64,000 nucleotides of DNA from Octopus sinensis (taxonomy: Eukaryota): assembly GCF_006345805.1 (NCBI RefSeq), contig NC_043008.1, positions 4,526,001-4,590,000 on the forward strand, in the 5' to 3' direction. Shown here piece by piece: positions 38,735 through 50,954 of the stretch. The position numbers and the translations under genes were made by a program. The notes beneath the pieces are model-generated. The model was not told the origin of the DNA and made no database searches. It was given only the letters and a program-made list of their open reading frames with translations. Each line of letters starts with the position of its first letter. Within the stretch, counting starts at the first letter, position 1.

Positions 38735-40309
38735 ATTTCTTTATGCAAGTGTTTAGTACAAGTTGTGTATGTAAAGGCACTATCAATAATTTACATCAAA
38801 ATAATACATTAAAGTATTCTTTTCCAACTTAAGCCCATAGAAAGATCAATCAAAACCTCGATGTATTGCTATAGAGTGTCTGTCAATAGTTTATTTTTTA
38901 TGTGTTTATTTTTATGGTAAATCAACAGAACTTTACATTGTTGGATGCTTTGAAAAGAAATGCCTGATCTTTATTTTCCTGAAATATGATTGATTTAAAG
39001 TAGACATAATAACATCAAAGGTGAACGGTCAACGAAGACTTGACAATAGAGATTGGTTGGGAGTTAAAACCAAACTGTTAACCATCAGTTTACCATAAAC
39101 AACCCCTTCTGAATAACGTATGTTTTTTTAGTTGATACCCTATTTCAGTTACAGTGTTGGAATAACACAGCAATCAGCTTGCAGATGACCGATTCAGTCA
39201 ACTATTTCGGCAGAGTCAATGGGGGGAAATTCTATGTGATCTCAATACCCTTTAGAAATAGCATCCAAATTGCCTTCAAAAATTATATATGTGTGTGTGT
39301 ATGTATATATACATACACACACACACACATAAATACTCATATATGTAAATATATACGCCAGCATTGGAAATGGACCTTAACCTTTTCATTACCATATTTC
39401 TGTTGAGATGCTCAGTGTTTCTTTCAATTAATTTTAGATATAACAAAGAATCTAGTAAAATAGCTTCATTATCATTAAGCTAGTGTTACGAACATAAATT
39501 GTGACTAAGGTTTGGTGGAAGATTTTAATTCAGAACTTTTGAAAACAAGACATTTGTACTCAGAGCCAGAGCCAGTTTCAAGCAGATTGGTATTAAAAGG
39601 GTTAAATGTTGTTGGTGATGATGATGATATATAAGCACATATTTATAAGAATATATGTATGTCCATCATCATCATTATCGTGATTTGACATCTATTTTCA
39701 ATGCTGGAATAGACTGCATAGTTTTACAGGAGTTGGCATGTCAGAGGATTGCACCAAACACTACTGCCAGCTTTGTATGGCCAGATGCCTTTCCTAACAT
39801 GAACCACTTTACAGAGTAAAGACCTGGTAAGGTCCTCAAGTACCTTGCCAGACAAAGACCGCTCAGCTAGAGAGTGAGTGGTATTGATGGTGGTGGTTTC
39901 ATGCCAGGTGATGAGGGGTTAAATTGTAATACAGAGACCGAAACTGGTGTCTTGTTGGAGAGAAAGAACATGGACACTGCAGTCAGAAAGAAAGGGAGAG
40001 AAGATGGCGGTGAAGATGAGCCAGAATGTACTTTCAAAGTACAAAGTGGTGAATGTAAGGGGAGTGGTGCCAAGGATTAGACTGGGTAAGGTGAGTAGGG
40101 GGTTCTTGAGAGAGCAAAAGAGGAGTGGTGGGCGAGGGAACTGGAAGAGGAATGCAGTGAATGGTGAACACAGATACACAGGAGGGCGGCAGGATAGCAA
40201 TCATGCAGTTGGCAGGAGGAGGACAAGAGAGAGAGATGAGAAAGTGATGCTATGATGCAAGAGAGGGGATGGGGGGGGGGAGAATAGTGCATGATGAAAT
40301 GAAGTCTGG

Positions 40310-40530
40310 TTCATTTGGTGTGGATGGAGAGCACAACTTCAAAAATGTCATATTGCCAGATATTTCGGCCCATTGTCGTCCACTCAGTGATGCTCAACAT
40401 CTTGACATTGACCCTCACTATTTCATCCCATGTCTTCCTTTTCTCATATTTCGTCCACTTTAAGGGATCCCCATTTATATGCATCACATGACCAAAGCCC
40501 TGTAGTCTTCTCTCTTGCATGCTGCGTCTG
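40310..40530 (-). mobile_element. RTE-clade LINE ORF C-terminal fragment
   Basis: MQERRLQGFGHVM...RKTWDEIVR..KML matches the RRLRWFGHV...RPRKTW end of RTE ORFs. Confidence 0.7.
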
Positions 40531-41159
40531 ATTCCTGGACACTGGAACTTGACTCAGTCCTCTAAGCTCATCAGATCCTTTTGAACTGGCTGAGCCATGG
40601 CAGCTATAAATTATATACTAGACATACAAGACAAGGAGCAAGCTTTTCTACACAAGAAATAGCAACCAATACCCTCCTGTCATATCCTACTTCCTTAGAA
40701 AAGAGAAAGAGTTATTAGCTATTGTAGTTCTAAATAAACTAAGCCTTTAAAAAAATAATGGGACATCTTTCATTATAGGTCCTACTCTATTAAGGATGAC
40801 CTGTGGTTAAACAGCCGCAACAACAACTACAAAACCAAGAAGATTGCAGTACATTCGTTACATGCATCGTATAACAGCAAGGCAACCACTTTATCATTGA
40901 CAAAAGTCATCGGAAGTTTATTCTCATTTTCAAACTTCTTTTTCTGTTTTAAGTCTGAAAGCTTATTTCCGAGAACTTCAAATGTATACATCTAGACTTT
41001 TGTTATTCTTGTATTCAATGGGAATGGCTTTTTGCCAATTATTTTTTAAAACTACATATGGTCTAGCAAACATTTTAGCAATTGATTTATTTTTCTTTTA
41101 TATTTACCAACTGAAATGGAAATTTTTACACCTTGATCATCTAAGAGTTGTTTAGGAAG

Positions 41160-42300
41160 TCAACAAAGGTGACTCTACACAAGCAAATTTAAAAGCTTCT
41201 AAACTAACCAAGAAGTGGCCTCTGCCAGAGCCAATGAGAGAACCACTACACGAGGCATTGCGGAAACATCTGCAAAAGCCAGGAAAGGGCTGCCACTAGA
41301 GCCAATGAGAGAACCACTTCTACATTGGACAATAATGGAAGCTCTACAGTAAACAATGATGGAGACTCTGTACTAGACAATGACCAAATGTCTGCACTTG
41401 ACAATCGAGGAGTCTCTGTACTTGACAGTAAGGAAGAAAGTGCATTTGACAATGAGGAAAACTTAACACTTGACATTGAAGAAGAGTCTACATGAGAAAA
41501 CTAGAGAGCCTCCACATGGGGCAATGCTGAAGCCTCTACTCCTGATAATGTGGGGGACTCTACATCTAACAATGAGGGGAACTTTATCCTTAACAATGAG
41601 AGAACCTTTACTTTAAACAATGAGAGTGATTCTAAACTAGACAGTAAGGAAAACATTTACGCTAGACAATGAGAGAGATTTTGCATTAAACAATAAGGAA
41701 GACTTTCCTTTAAACAATGAGTGAGACTCTACACTTTTCAGTGAGGGTATCTTTGCACTAAGCAATGAGAGACTCAGTTATGAACAAAGGAGAATATATG
41801 CAAGACAATAAGACAATGAGTGAGACTCTACACTTTTCAGTGAGGGTATCTTTGCACTAAGCAATGAGAGACTCAGTTATGAACAAAGGAGAATATATGC
41901 AAGACAATAAGACAATGAGTGAGACTCTACACTTTTCAGTGAGGGTATCTTTGCACTAAGCAATGAGAGACTCAGTTATGAACAAAGGAGAATATATGCA
42001 AGACAATAAGACAATGAGTGAGACTCTACACTTTTCAGTGAGGGTATCTTTGCACTAAGCAATGAGAGACTCAGTTATGAACAAAGGAGAATATATGCAA
42101 GACAATAAGACAATGAGGGAGACTCTACACTAGATAATGAGGACAACTTTGCACTAGACAACAAGGGAGACTACACTAGACAAGGGAGACTCTACACTAG
42201 ACGAGGGAGACTCTACTCTAGACAATGAGGGGGACTCTATTCTAGACAGTGAGAAAAATATTCCATTATTCAATGAGGAAGTTTCTGCATGGTTCGATGA
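41160..42300 (+). repeat. Degenerate 24-bp minisatellite (consensus ~GACAATGAGGGAGACTCTACACTA)
   Basis: (G/A)ACAATGA recurs at ~24-bp intervals over ~1.1 kb. Confidence 0.8.
41714..42109 (+). repeat. Four identical 99-bp higher-order repeats within the 24-bp array
   Basis: Units at 41714, 41813, 41912 and 42011 read identically base for base. Confidence 0.95.
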
Positions 42301-43829
42301 CCTGCAAGAAATATCAGGCAAATTTCTTTAAATTACTATCATTGTAAAAACAAACAAACAAACAAACAAAAATGGACACACACATTGAGTAGTTAAATGC
42401 AACCACTCAAGCTAGATAAAGTTTTCAGTATTAACCAAATCTATTCAAGGTTCTGAAGAACTATCTCTGCTTGTTCTTTATATAAAATTGTCTCAGCATT
42501 TCAATTCTTATTCAACAATGTAACATTTCTGAAAGTTTGCTGTTTTGGTAAATATAATTCCTATGGCTTTTTATGTTTTATCCTACTCTCATCAGAATGA
42601 CATGTCACATTTGTCTTGTTTTGATTGAACAATGGACAAATTGTCATCTTTCTAAGCTCAATAAATCAAACCACAAATCCAAATACTCTCGAATAAGTTT
42701 TCTTCATAGACGTTTTCCATACCAGACTTCTTATAATAAGTAAGGCAAAATCATTGTTATTCCTGCTGTTGCTGCTCAGCCCTAAGTCAGACCTCATTGA
42801 CACAGTTTATGTCCACAGATATTCCCTGCATAACCATCCTATCCTTCTTTACTTTTTGATTTTTGCTTGCTTTTATTTTTTTGTTTTGTCTTTTCTTTTC
42901 TGGGCCTTCTTTTTTATATATAAGAACATAGTGCAATCTAAAGGAAATTTGGCTGCTACTTCTTTTGGATTGCTTCTGTTTTTATCACTTCATTGCTTTT
43001 CAGTATTATTGGAGATGAATGATCATCTGAAGATTTTCTGCAGTTGAAATTTCACTCTTTTTCTCAATTCCCACAAAACTATTCTTTTTAGGTTTTTAAT
43101 TTCCGTCTCAAGATAAAATCCTTGCTTTTTGCCTTCTTTACATTTAATCTAAGCTGAATATGTGTAAATCTTTGTTTGCTGACACCATTATGATGAAACA
43201 CAAAGAGCTAAAAATAGCAACCAAATCCCTCTTAGATCACATTTTATCATTGTAAAAAAAAATAGAAGTACATAGGGATTAAATAGTTCAGTGTAGAGGA
43301 AAAAATTAAAAACAGCATCATCACAGCCAAACAAGAACTGTATGAATAAATTGCACCATGTTGAGTATAAAATAAGGAAGCATACTTATTAGAAACTTCT
43401 TAAAATTTTTAGTCAATGGTAATCATGTACTGTTTCTGTTTTTTGAAATCATCAGCATAACATATATTAATTAAATATATTAATTAAAAATTTTATGAAG
43501 CAAGACATTTCTTATAAATGAAAAATAATTACAATCTGAAAGAAACTTATGAAATTCCTGGTTTGTTGGTGGAGCGGTGGGCTTTCTTCTTTTTCTTCGT
43601 ACTGCATTCAACCAATCAAAAAGCATAGTCTAGGGAGTTCCTTGGGACCCAATAAGAGACAGAAACCTTCTTTCTTCCTCATTCTTTGTCATCAACTAAT
43701 TCCAGGTTTTCCACCATCTCACTTTCTGTCCATTTCTTCTTGGTGATTCTCAATCACCCTGTTTGTGGTTTACCTAGAACCCTTTTTTTCCTAGGTTTGT
43801 CCAAACATAACCAAACACGCATGAAGCAG

Positions 43830-44270
43830 ACCATTATGAGGTCATATAGCATAACAAACCAACTGACTCTTCTCCTCGGGGCCAGAAGACACTTCAACTC
43901 TCCCAAAAATTATTTGATACTCTGTAAAGTTCAGATATGGCCCTTGCTGGAGAATTGCTCTCACTTCTGGGCTGGTGCTGCTACTCTACACAAAGACATC
44001 ATAGTCTATATCCAGAAAGGGTTATCCTACTAATTGACATAATGTTACTCAAGGACTCACTCCATCTTTGACTCTCACCTCTCTTTGCCTTTTCTACTGT
44101 TACTATAATGGCCCCTGTTTCTTGGATCTGGCTGTGTCTGTGTGTCCTCCCCTCAAGTATTCCTGTACCACTAACCCCTCCTCCTCTTCTCATCATCCTT
44201 ATTATGCTCAAAGTGCAATCCCTATGCTCATCTCTTCCTTCCTAGAGCTTCATCCCCATCTCTGCAGCTC
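43830..44270 (+). mobile_element. Decayed non-LTR RT C-terminal region
   Basis: ARRHF...LILCKVQIWPLLENCSHFWAGA and SLCLFYCYYNG resemble the LYKAQVRP.LEYCSH.W and LSLFYRYY motifs. Confidence 0.6.
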
Positions 44271-45039
44271 AAAGAAAAAAAAGAAAACACTTCATTTTTC
44301 ATTGTTTTATAATTGACAGAAGAATTTCATAGTTGAGAATCTTCTCTGCCATTTCTTCCTCCAGACACGATTTTCAAACTGGAACAATGGAACAGATGTA
44401 TTTATCTTTTCAATTCCAAAATGTTACTACAGACGTTTCTTGCTCTTTCCCTGTTCGATGCTTTTGGCTGTTTTCCTATGATTTCTTCATATTTCATTCA
44501 TTTGCATCCGTTGCCATTTATTGCGGCTACTATTCCTGCCACTGTGGTTGTTGTTGTTGTTGTTTCGCCTTTAGTCAACCCTGATCAAGCAAGTCTATAA
44601 TCAAAGGCACTCCATCCTTGACCCTCTCCCCATCTTTTTAGGAGTATGCTTGGGACTACAATATTCAAAATGGTCCATTCCTCTTTTTAAGTTGGCAGAA
44701 TGTGATTTTAAGGGTGACTTGACTGCTATCTCCAGCATGTCAAGCTCCCAGTAGTTCATTTTCAATTCAAATTTGTTTATTGACAAAAATTCCAATATTA
44801 AGCATTTGTTACTCTCCTCTGCATCTTTTTTCTTCATATTTTCATTCAATACAGTAAGCCTCTATGTGGTCGCTCAGCTTGCTGATAATAGCTACTAAAT
44901 TCTCTTAAATGACAACTTAGTGTCTTAAAAAAAGAGTGCCTTGGATAAAAAGAAATGGGTCATTGTGGCTGTAATGCATTTGATCATAGATTTATATGAT
45001 CAGGACTGATCTGGGGGTCAACAACAAGAACAACTATAT

Positions 45040-45520
45040 CATCATCATCATCATCATCATCATTATCATCATCATTCAGTGTCTGCTTTCCATGCTGGCA
45101 TGGGTTAAATGGCTTCACTGAAACTGGCAAGCTGGAGGGCTGCACCAGATTCCAATCTGATCTGGCATGGTTTTTATGGTTGGGTGCCCTTCGTAATGCC
45201 AACCACTCCAAGATTGTAATGGGTACTTTTTAAATGCCACTGGCACAGGTGCCAGTTACGTGACACCAGCATTGGCTACAACTAGGATTCCACTTGACGG
45301 ATCTTCTCAAACATGACATATCACCAAAGGTCTTGGTCATTTATCATTGCCTGTGTGAGGCCCAACATACAAAGGGTGCTTTTCGTGTGCCACTGGCACG
45401 AGTACCAGTTACATGACACCAGCATCGGCCATGACTACAATTTCTCTCGGCTTCATGAGTCTTCTCGAGCACGGCATATTGCTAAAGGTCCCGGCCACTT
45501 GTCACTTGCTCCATGAGGCT
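45040..45520 (-). mobile_element. SINE type B
   Basis: Matches 7202-7645. Confidence 0.75.
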
Positions 45521-45835
45521 CAAGACGTATATACATATTTATGTATATATGTATGTAGAATCATTCGTTTGTTTCATATTCATTTTCTAAGCTCCGCATG
45601 TGAGGTCAATCCATGAGAAAGGCATTGTTTTACTGTGGGCTGCCTTTTCAGTCACTAACACTTATTTTCTCGTGTAACGGAACTTTTATGTCCCATGTCT
45701 TTGAAAGTGCTAAGCAAGTAGATGAGGCACAATGTAAACATACATATACACATACAACGGGCTTCTTTCAGTTTCCTTCTAACAAATCTACTAACAAGCT
45801 TGTTTCTTAATATATATCTGTGTATATAACGCAAC

Positions 45836-46059
45836 GAGCTAGCAGAAACGTTAGCATGCCGGGCGAAATGCATAGCCGTATTTCGTCTGTCATTACGTTC
45901 CGAGTTCAAATTCCGCCACGGTCAACTTTGCCTTTCATCCTTTCGGGGTCGATAAATTAAGTACCAGTTAATCACTGGGTCGATGTAATTGACTTAATCC
46001 CTTTGACTGTCCTTGTTTGTCCTCTCTGTGTTTAGCCCCTTGTGGATAGTAAAGAAATA
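45836..46059 (+). mobile_element. SINE type C (CORE-like: gactttgcctttcatcctttcggggtcgataaattaagtacc), near full length
   Basis: tRNA-like head (gagttcaaattcc B box), core, and tail ending gtaaagaaata. Confidence 0.8.
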
Positions 46060-46165
46060 TATATCTGTGTATATGTGAATGTGTATTTATTTTAATTTGT
46101 AAATTTGCTTCTTTTTTTTTTTCCTAGGATTGTTTAATGTATTTTTTTCTTTCTTTTCCCTCCAG

Positions 46166-46376
46166 GTGGTATGGCGGAAAACATCAAGTAGACATCCAAT
46201 CACCGTAGGAACATTTACATTTATCAGTGATAAAAGTTATTCTATTCAACGCCAAATTGAAAAAAATGAATGGAACCTTGTTATAAAAAATGTTCAGCCA
46301 AAACATGCAGGTCTCTATGAATGCCATATATCAAGTAAAGAAAAGCAAAAGTTTAATGTATATTTAAATGTTATAG
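46166..46376 (+). CDS. Coding exon, C-terminal half of the same Ig domain: VVWRKTSSRHPITVGTFTFISDKSYSIQRQIEKNEWNLVIKNVQPKHAGLYECHISSKEKQKFNVYLNVI(x)
   Basis: ttttccctccAG acceptor at 46164-65 (phase 0) and ATAG|GTAAGT donor at 46377 (phase 1). It carries the Ig core Trp (VVWRK), the W.L.I..V...AG.Y.C F-strand motif and the second Cys. The intron after KT before V.W matches Dpr-family gene structure. Confidence 0.92.
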
Positions 46377-46934
46377 GTAAGTAGATGTTCCAATTCTACT
46401 TATTTTCATTTGAATTTGTAACTACTACTATTATTATTGTTACTGCTGTTGTTGTTGTTATTAAAATTATTATTATTATTATTATTATTACCATTATTAT
46501 TATTATCGTCATCATCAACATCATCATCATCATCATCATCATTATTATAATTATTATTATTGTTATCATTATTATTTTGTTTTTGTTTTTTGATATTGCT
46601 GTTATATCAATTGTGACAAAATATTCATTTTCATACAGTTATATCCTTCAGGATAAGAATTTTAAAAAAAATTTAGATATTTCAGATCTAGATGTACTAT
46701 TATGTATAATAAGTGTGTATATGTGTAAATATGCATATTATATATGTACAATATGGTGTTATTAAGTAAATATGTGCTCACTAAGCCACTGTCAATGAAA
46801 GTCTATATGAGGTTGTCACAGTATACAGGTGCAATACATACACACATTCATATACATAAAGATATCCATACACAATGTATTCATATACATGATATATGTA
46901 TATTATATATCATATATATATCATAATGATAAAT

Positions 46935-46982
<48 letters not shown>

Positions 46983-47271
46983 TGCACACATATATATACA
47001 TACATACATGTGTTTGTGTGTGTACATAATTATTTTAAGTATGATGTCATGAGAAATTTGAGAACAAACAATAGTGATATGCAGTGTATATATACTAAAA
47101 TATTAAAATATACTAGTTAAAAATGGCTACTTTTATATAACTTAAGTTCAATATAAATGAAGGCAATTGTGAAATGGATTTTAAGTATAAAATTTTATTC
47201 AATTGATGCTTATTCAAGTGAAATATATATATATATATAGATAGATAGATAGATATAGATAGATAGATACA

Positions 47272-47304
<33 letters not shown>

Positions 47305-47359
47305 GTGTGTACATATATAGATAGATAGATATATACATATATGTATGTGTGTATATATA

Positions 47360-49170
47360 CATTGGCGAAAATAAATTTAAGACCAATGATAAAAGTTCTA
47401 TTTCTTACAAAATATTTTGTTACTAACACCATACAAATTATTTTTATCTTTTACACCTTATGCTGAATTTATTTCCCTTTTTAATGATGCAGACAATAAC
47501 TATTTTTATACAACTTGAAGAATTCTAATGCTAAATTAATATAAACGTTTCATATTTACCGGCAAAATTAATTTAAAACCATGTAATCATCATCGTTTCA
47601 CATCTGCTTTCCATGCTAGCATGGGTTGGATGATTTGACTGAGGACTGGCAAACCAGATGGCTCCAATCTGATCTGGCAAAGTTTCTACTGCTGGATATC
47701 CTTCCTAACGCCAACCACTCCAAGAGTAGTGGGTACTTTTACATGCCACCGGCATGAGGGCCTTATGCAAATTTTTTTGCCAAAATGGGTGGTCACACAA
47801 CTAGCCTAACTGAACTATATAGTGTTATAATTTAACGTTATTATACAATTGACTAATAATGGGAAAACAACGTATCCTCAGTCGAGTCACGAGAGCAAAA
47901 ATCGTATTACTCCACCAGCAAAAAGTTTCCTTTTCGAACATCAGCAAGCAACTAAAGTGCAGTAAAATGGCTTATGTGCAAGCATGGAAGTTATACTCGG
48001 AGACTGGTCAATATAAAGATCAGCAAAAGAGTGGCGCCCCAAGAAAAACGACGGCTTAGTTGGACCGTCGAATCCACCAACTTTTGGAAGCCGACTGAAT
48101 GCTGACAGTCATTGACATTTGTAAACAATTGTCCAAAGAGAATGGTATTATTTTTATACCACAAACCGTCCGCAACCATTTAAGACAATTTGGACTACAT
48201 GGACAAATCGCTAGGAAAAAGCCAAGAATATCTGAAAGAAATCAACTCAAACGCCTTAATTTCGCAAAAAGCCATGCTCAATGGACTGCCGAAGATTGGT
48301 GCAGGGTCCTTTGGAGTGACGAGTCACGCTTCTGTATATTTGGATCAGATGGTAAAACATATGTCAGACGTCGCACAACTGAGTAATACCATCCGAAATG
48401 CATGAAAAAGATGGCACAAGCGGAGGGTGGGGGTGTGATGGTGTGGGTAGCATTTAGTAGCTTTGGTGTTGGCCCTCTAGTTAAAGTTGTTGGAAAGCTA
48501 AATAGTGTAGGTTATATAAATCTACTAAAGGATAATGTTGTGCCATATTTGACTCACCAAATGCCTCTGGGGGCTATTTATCAGCAGGGCGATAGTCCTG
48601 TGCACAAAACCTAAATGGTTATGGAATTTTTTGATCCCCATAATATTGACGTAATCGAATGGCCTCCCCAGAGCCTGGATCTGAATCCAATCAAGAACTT
48701 GTGAAATTATGTTTCCAAAAAAGTCCATGCTAAAAAAACCATCTAAGCTAAAATAATTATTCAATTATATCAATGAAATATGGCAAAACATTCCCATAGA
48801 ATTTTGTGATCACTTAGCGAATTCAATGCCGAGGCGTTGTTCTGCCGTTATTAAGAATAAAGACTACGGCACAAAGTGCCAATATGTATTTCTTTATTGT
48901 TGCTCATTTTTGCTACAATCTTAAACTTTAAATAAAATTATAATGATACGGTCTTAAACTAATTTTACCGGTAAATTTTAAATGTTTATATTAATTTAGC
49001 ATTAGAATTCTTCAAGTTGTATAAAAATAGTTATTGTCTGCATCATTCAAAAGGGAAATAAATTCTGTATAAGGTGTAAAAGATAAAAATAATTTGTATG
49101 GTGTTAGTAACAAAATATTTTGTAAGAAATAGAACATTTATCATTGGTCTTAAATTTATTTTCACCAGTG
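47360..49170 (+). mobile_element. Full-length Tc1-family DNA transposon fossil with ~221-bp IR/DR-type terminal inverted repeats and TA target duplication
   Basis: TA|CATTGGCGAAAATAAATTTAAGACC ... GGTCTTAAATTTATTTTCACCAGTG|TA. TIRs span 47360-47580 and 48950-49170, each with outer and inner AAAAT(A/T)AATTTAA(G/A)ACC direct repeats. A SINE fragment is inserted at ~47587-47760. Confidence 0.92.
47859..48880 (+). pseudogene. Tc1 DD34E transposase pseudogene
   Basis: MGKQRILS...SGAPRKTT (GRPR-like), ARKKP, WSDESRF, VMVW, QQGDSPVH, WPPQSLDLNPIK. In-frame stops at 48057, 48096, 48384, 48612 and 48702, and a frameshift in the A7 run at 48732-38. The second D is mutated to G and the E to K, with 34-residue spacing. 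Confidence 0.9.
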
Positions 49171-49315
49171 TATATATACATTTATACCTGTGTTTGTGTG
49201 TGTATATATATATACAAATATATATATATATATATTTATATATATGTACAGACATATATATATATATGTAGATATATATATATATATATGAATCTACATA
49301 TATACATATAATATG

Positions 49316-49529
49316 CAGTAATCCCTCACCATTTCATGGTTTACCTATTGCAGTTTATTATTTAAGCTTATGTCGATTCCTCTGTTGTGTTGTTTTGCAT
49401 TTATAATAAAATAAATGTATACAAATTATATATATATAATATACAGTACAGTACTGTTTCTACTTTTTGGATTTTCACCTATCACATGGGTTTTGGAACA
49501 TTCTACCCATGATAGTCAGGGGATTACTG
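49316..49529. mobile_element. 214-bp pogo/Tigger-type MITE
   Basis: TIRs CAGTAATCCC / GGGATTACTG, with TA on the right and TG on the left. Confidence 0.7.
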
Positions 49530-49555
49530 TATATATATATATATATATATATATA

Positions 49556-49797
49556 TGTAAAATGATATGGGACAATTATTCAATAGCCAAGATAAAATTC
49601 TGAGTTTCGGATGCCGAGGTGGAAATCCACAACACCATCTCTTCGGTTATCTGGCCATCCACCTTGGCATCCGAAACTCAGAGTTTTATCTTGGCTATTG
49701 AATAATCGTCACATATCATTTTACAGATAAATTTCCTCTATTTACATAATATTGAGGTCTCTTTCTTTCTTTTGTTATCTTACCGTTTTTACCAATA
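49556..49797. mobile_element. Repeat fragment inserted in (TA)n with a 68-bp fold-back; probable Penelope-like terminus
   Basis: Arms at 49556-49623 and 49658-49725 with 4 mismatches and a 34-bp spacer, flanked by TA repeats. The family assignment is by analogy only. Confidence 0.45.
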
Positions 49798-49813
49798 TAT
49801 ATATACACACATA

Positions 49814-50711
49814 CAAGGTGGTATCAAAAGGTTCCTGGGCTAATTATATCTAATAAAAATTAATTTATTTACCTAAGTTTTAACATCCTCTCCTTTGAAA
49901 TTGTCCCCTTGCACAGCAATACACCAATCCTATCATTCCTGCCACTTTTGGAATCTGGTCTGGAAGTCATTTTCTGTTATGGAGTCGAGGACCTTCTGCG
50001 ATTCACACCTGATGTTAAAACAGTGTTAAAACAGCAATCTTTGAGTGGCATTTTCACCTAGAGGAAGAGATGGAAGTCTGCAGGTACTATATCTGACAAA
50101 TAGGGTGGGTGTGGATGTGACTCCATGTTGTTTCTTGCAAGAATCTCACGAGTGAGGAGATCTTGGTGACAGGATGTATTGTTCTTGTGAAGAATCCCAA
50201 TTCTCTGTGCTCCACAGATAATGGTTGCTTTCGCCAAATGTCCTCCCTCAAATGCTTCAAGATGTCACAGTAGAACTCTCAATTGACCTGGGGGACAAAT
50301 TCTGAAGGCACAATGAATGTTGACTAAAACAATGAGCCTGCTCTTGATTGAGCTGCACCCCTGTCATGCTGCTTTTGTAGCACCTGTGTCACCCAAAACA
50401 GTACATTCAATCCATTGCCTTGTCACCATAAGCTTACTAAAGCAAGCTCAGTGTCTCTGTAGCAGACTTTCAATGTTTAATACAAAATTTCTTGTTGGCT
50501 CTTTTGCTCCTGCCCATGGCAAAATCACAGACTACATTCTACATGTGGTCACAAAAACACAAATTTCACAACTTGTGAAGTAAACACAGCAATATCCCTT
50601 AGCACACTGCCTCATGAAGGTCACTGCTAGCTCTCACTGCACACACAACCTTCTACTGCCATCTGTTGGCAGGCTACAGAAGTAATCCAGGAACGTTTTG
50701 ATACCATCTCA
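49814..50711 (-). mobile_element. Mariner-like deletion derivative
   Basis: TIRs caaggtggtatcaaaaggttcctgg / ccaggaacgttttgataccatctca. The minus-strand relic FQKWQE**DWCIAVQGDNFKG matches the mariner C-terminus. Confidence 0.75.
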
Positions 50712-50763
<52 letters not shown>

Positions 50764-50906
50764 TACATACTCATTTCATGTGCTTGTGAAGTTTATATAC
50801 ACTCAATTATTATCACAGAGTTAAAATGCTGTTTAACATTAATAATGACTATTTACTTTAAAGTTTCAACAGCAAAGCTTCAAAGTAAATAGTCATGATT
50901 CATATG

Positions 50907-50954
<48 letters not shown>

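Noticed and set aside
41714-42109. Regular repeats as a possible CRISPR array (also the 604-bp units)
   Set aside because: The units are identical with no unique spacers, the context is eukaryotic, and there are no cas genes.
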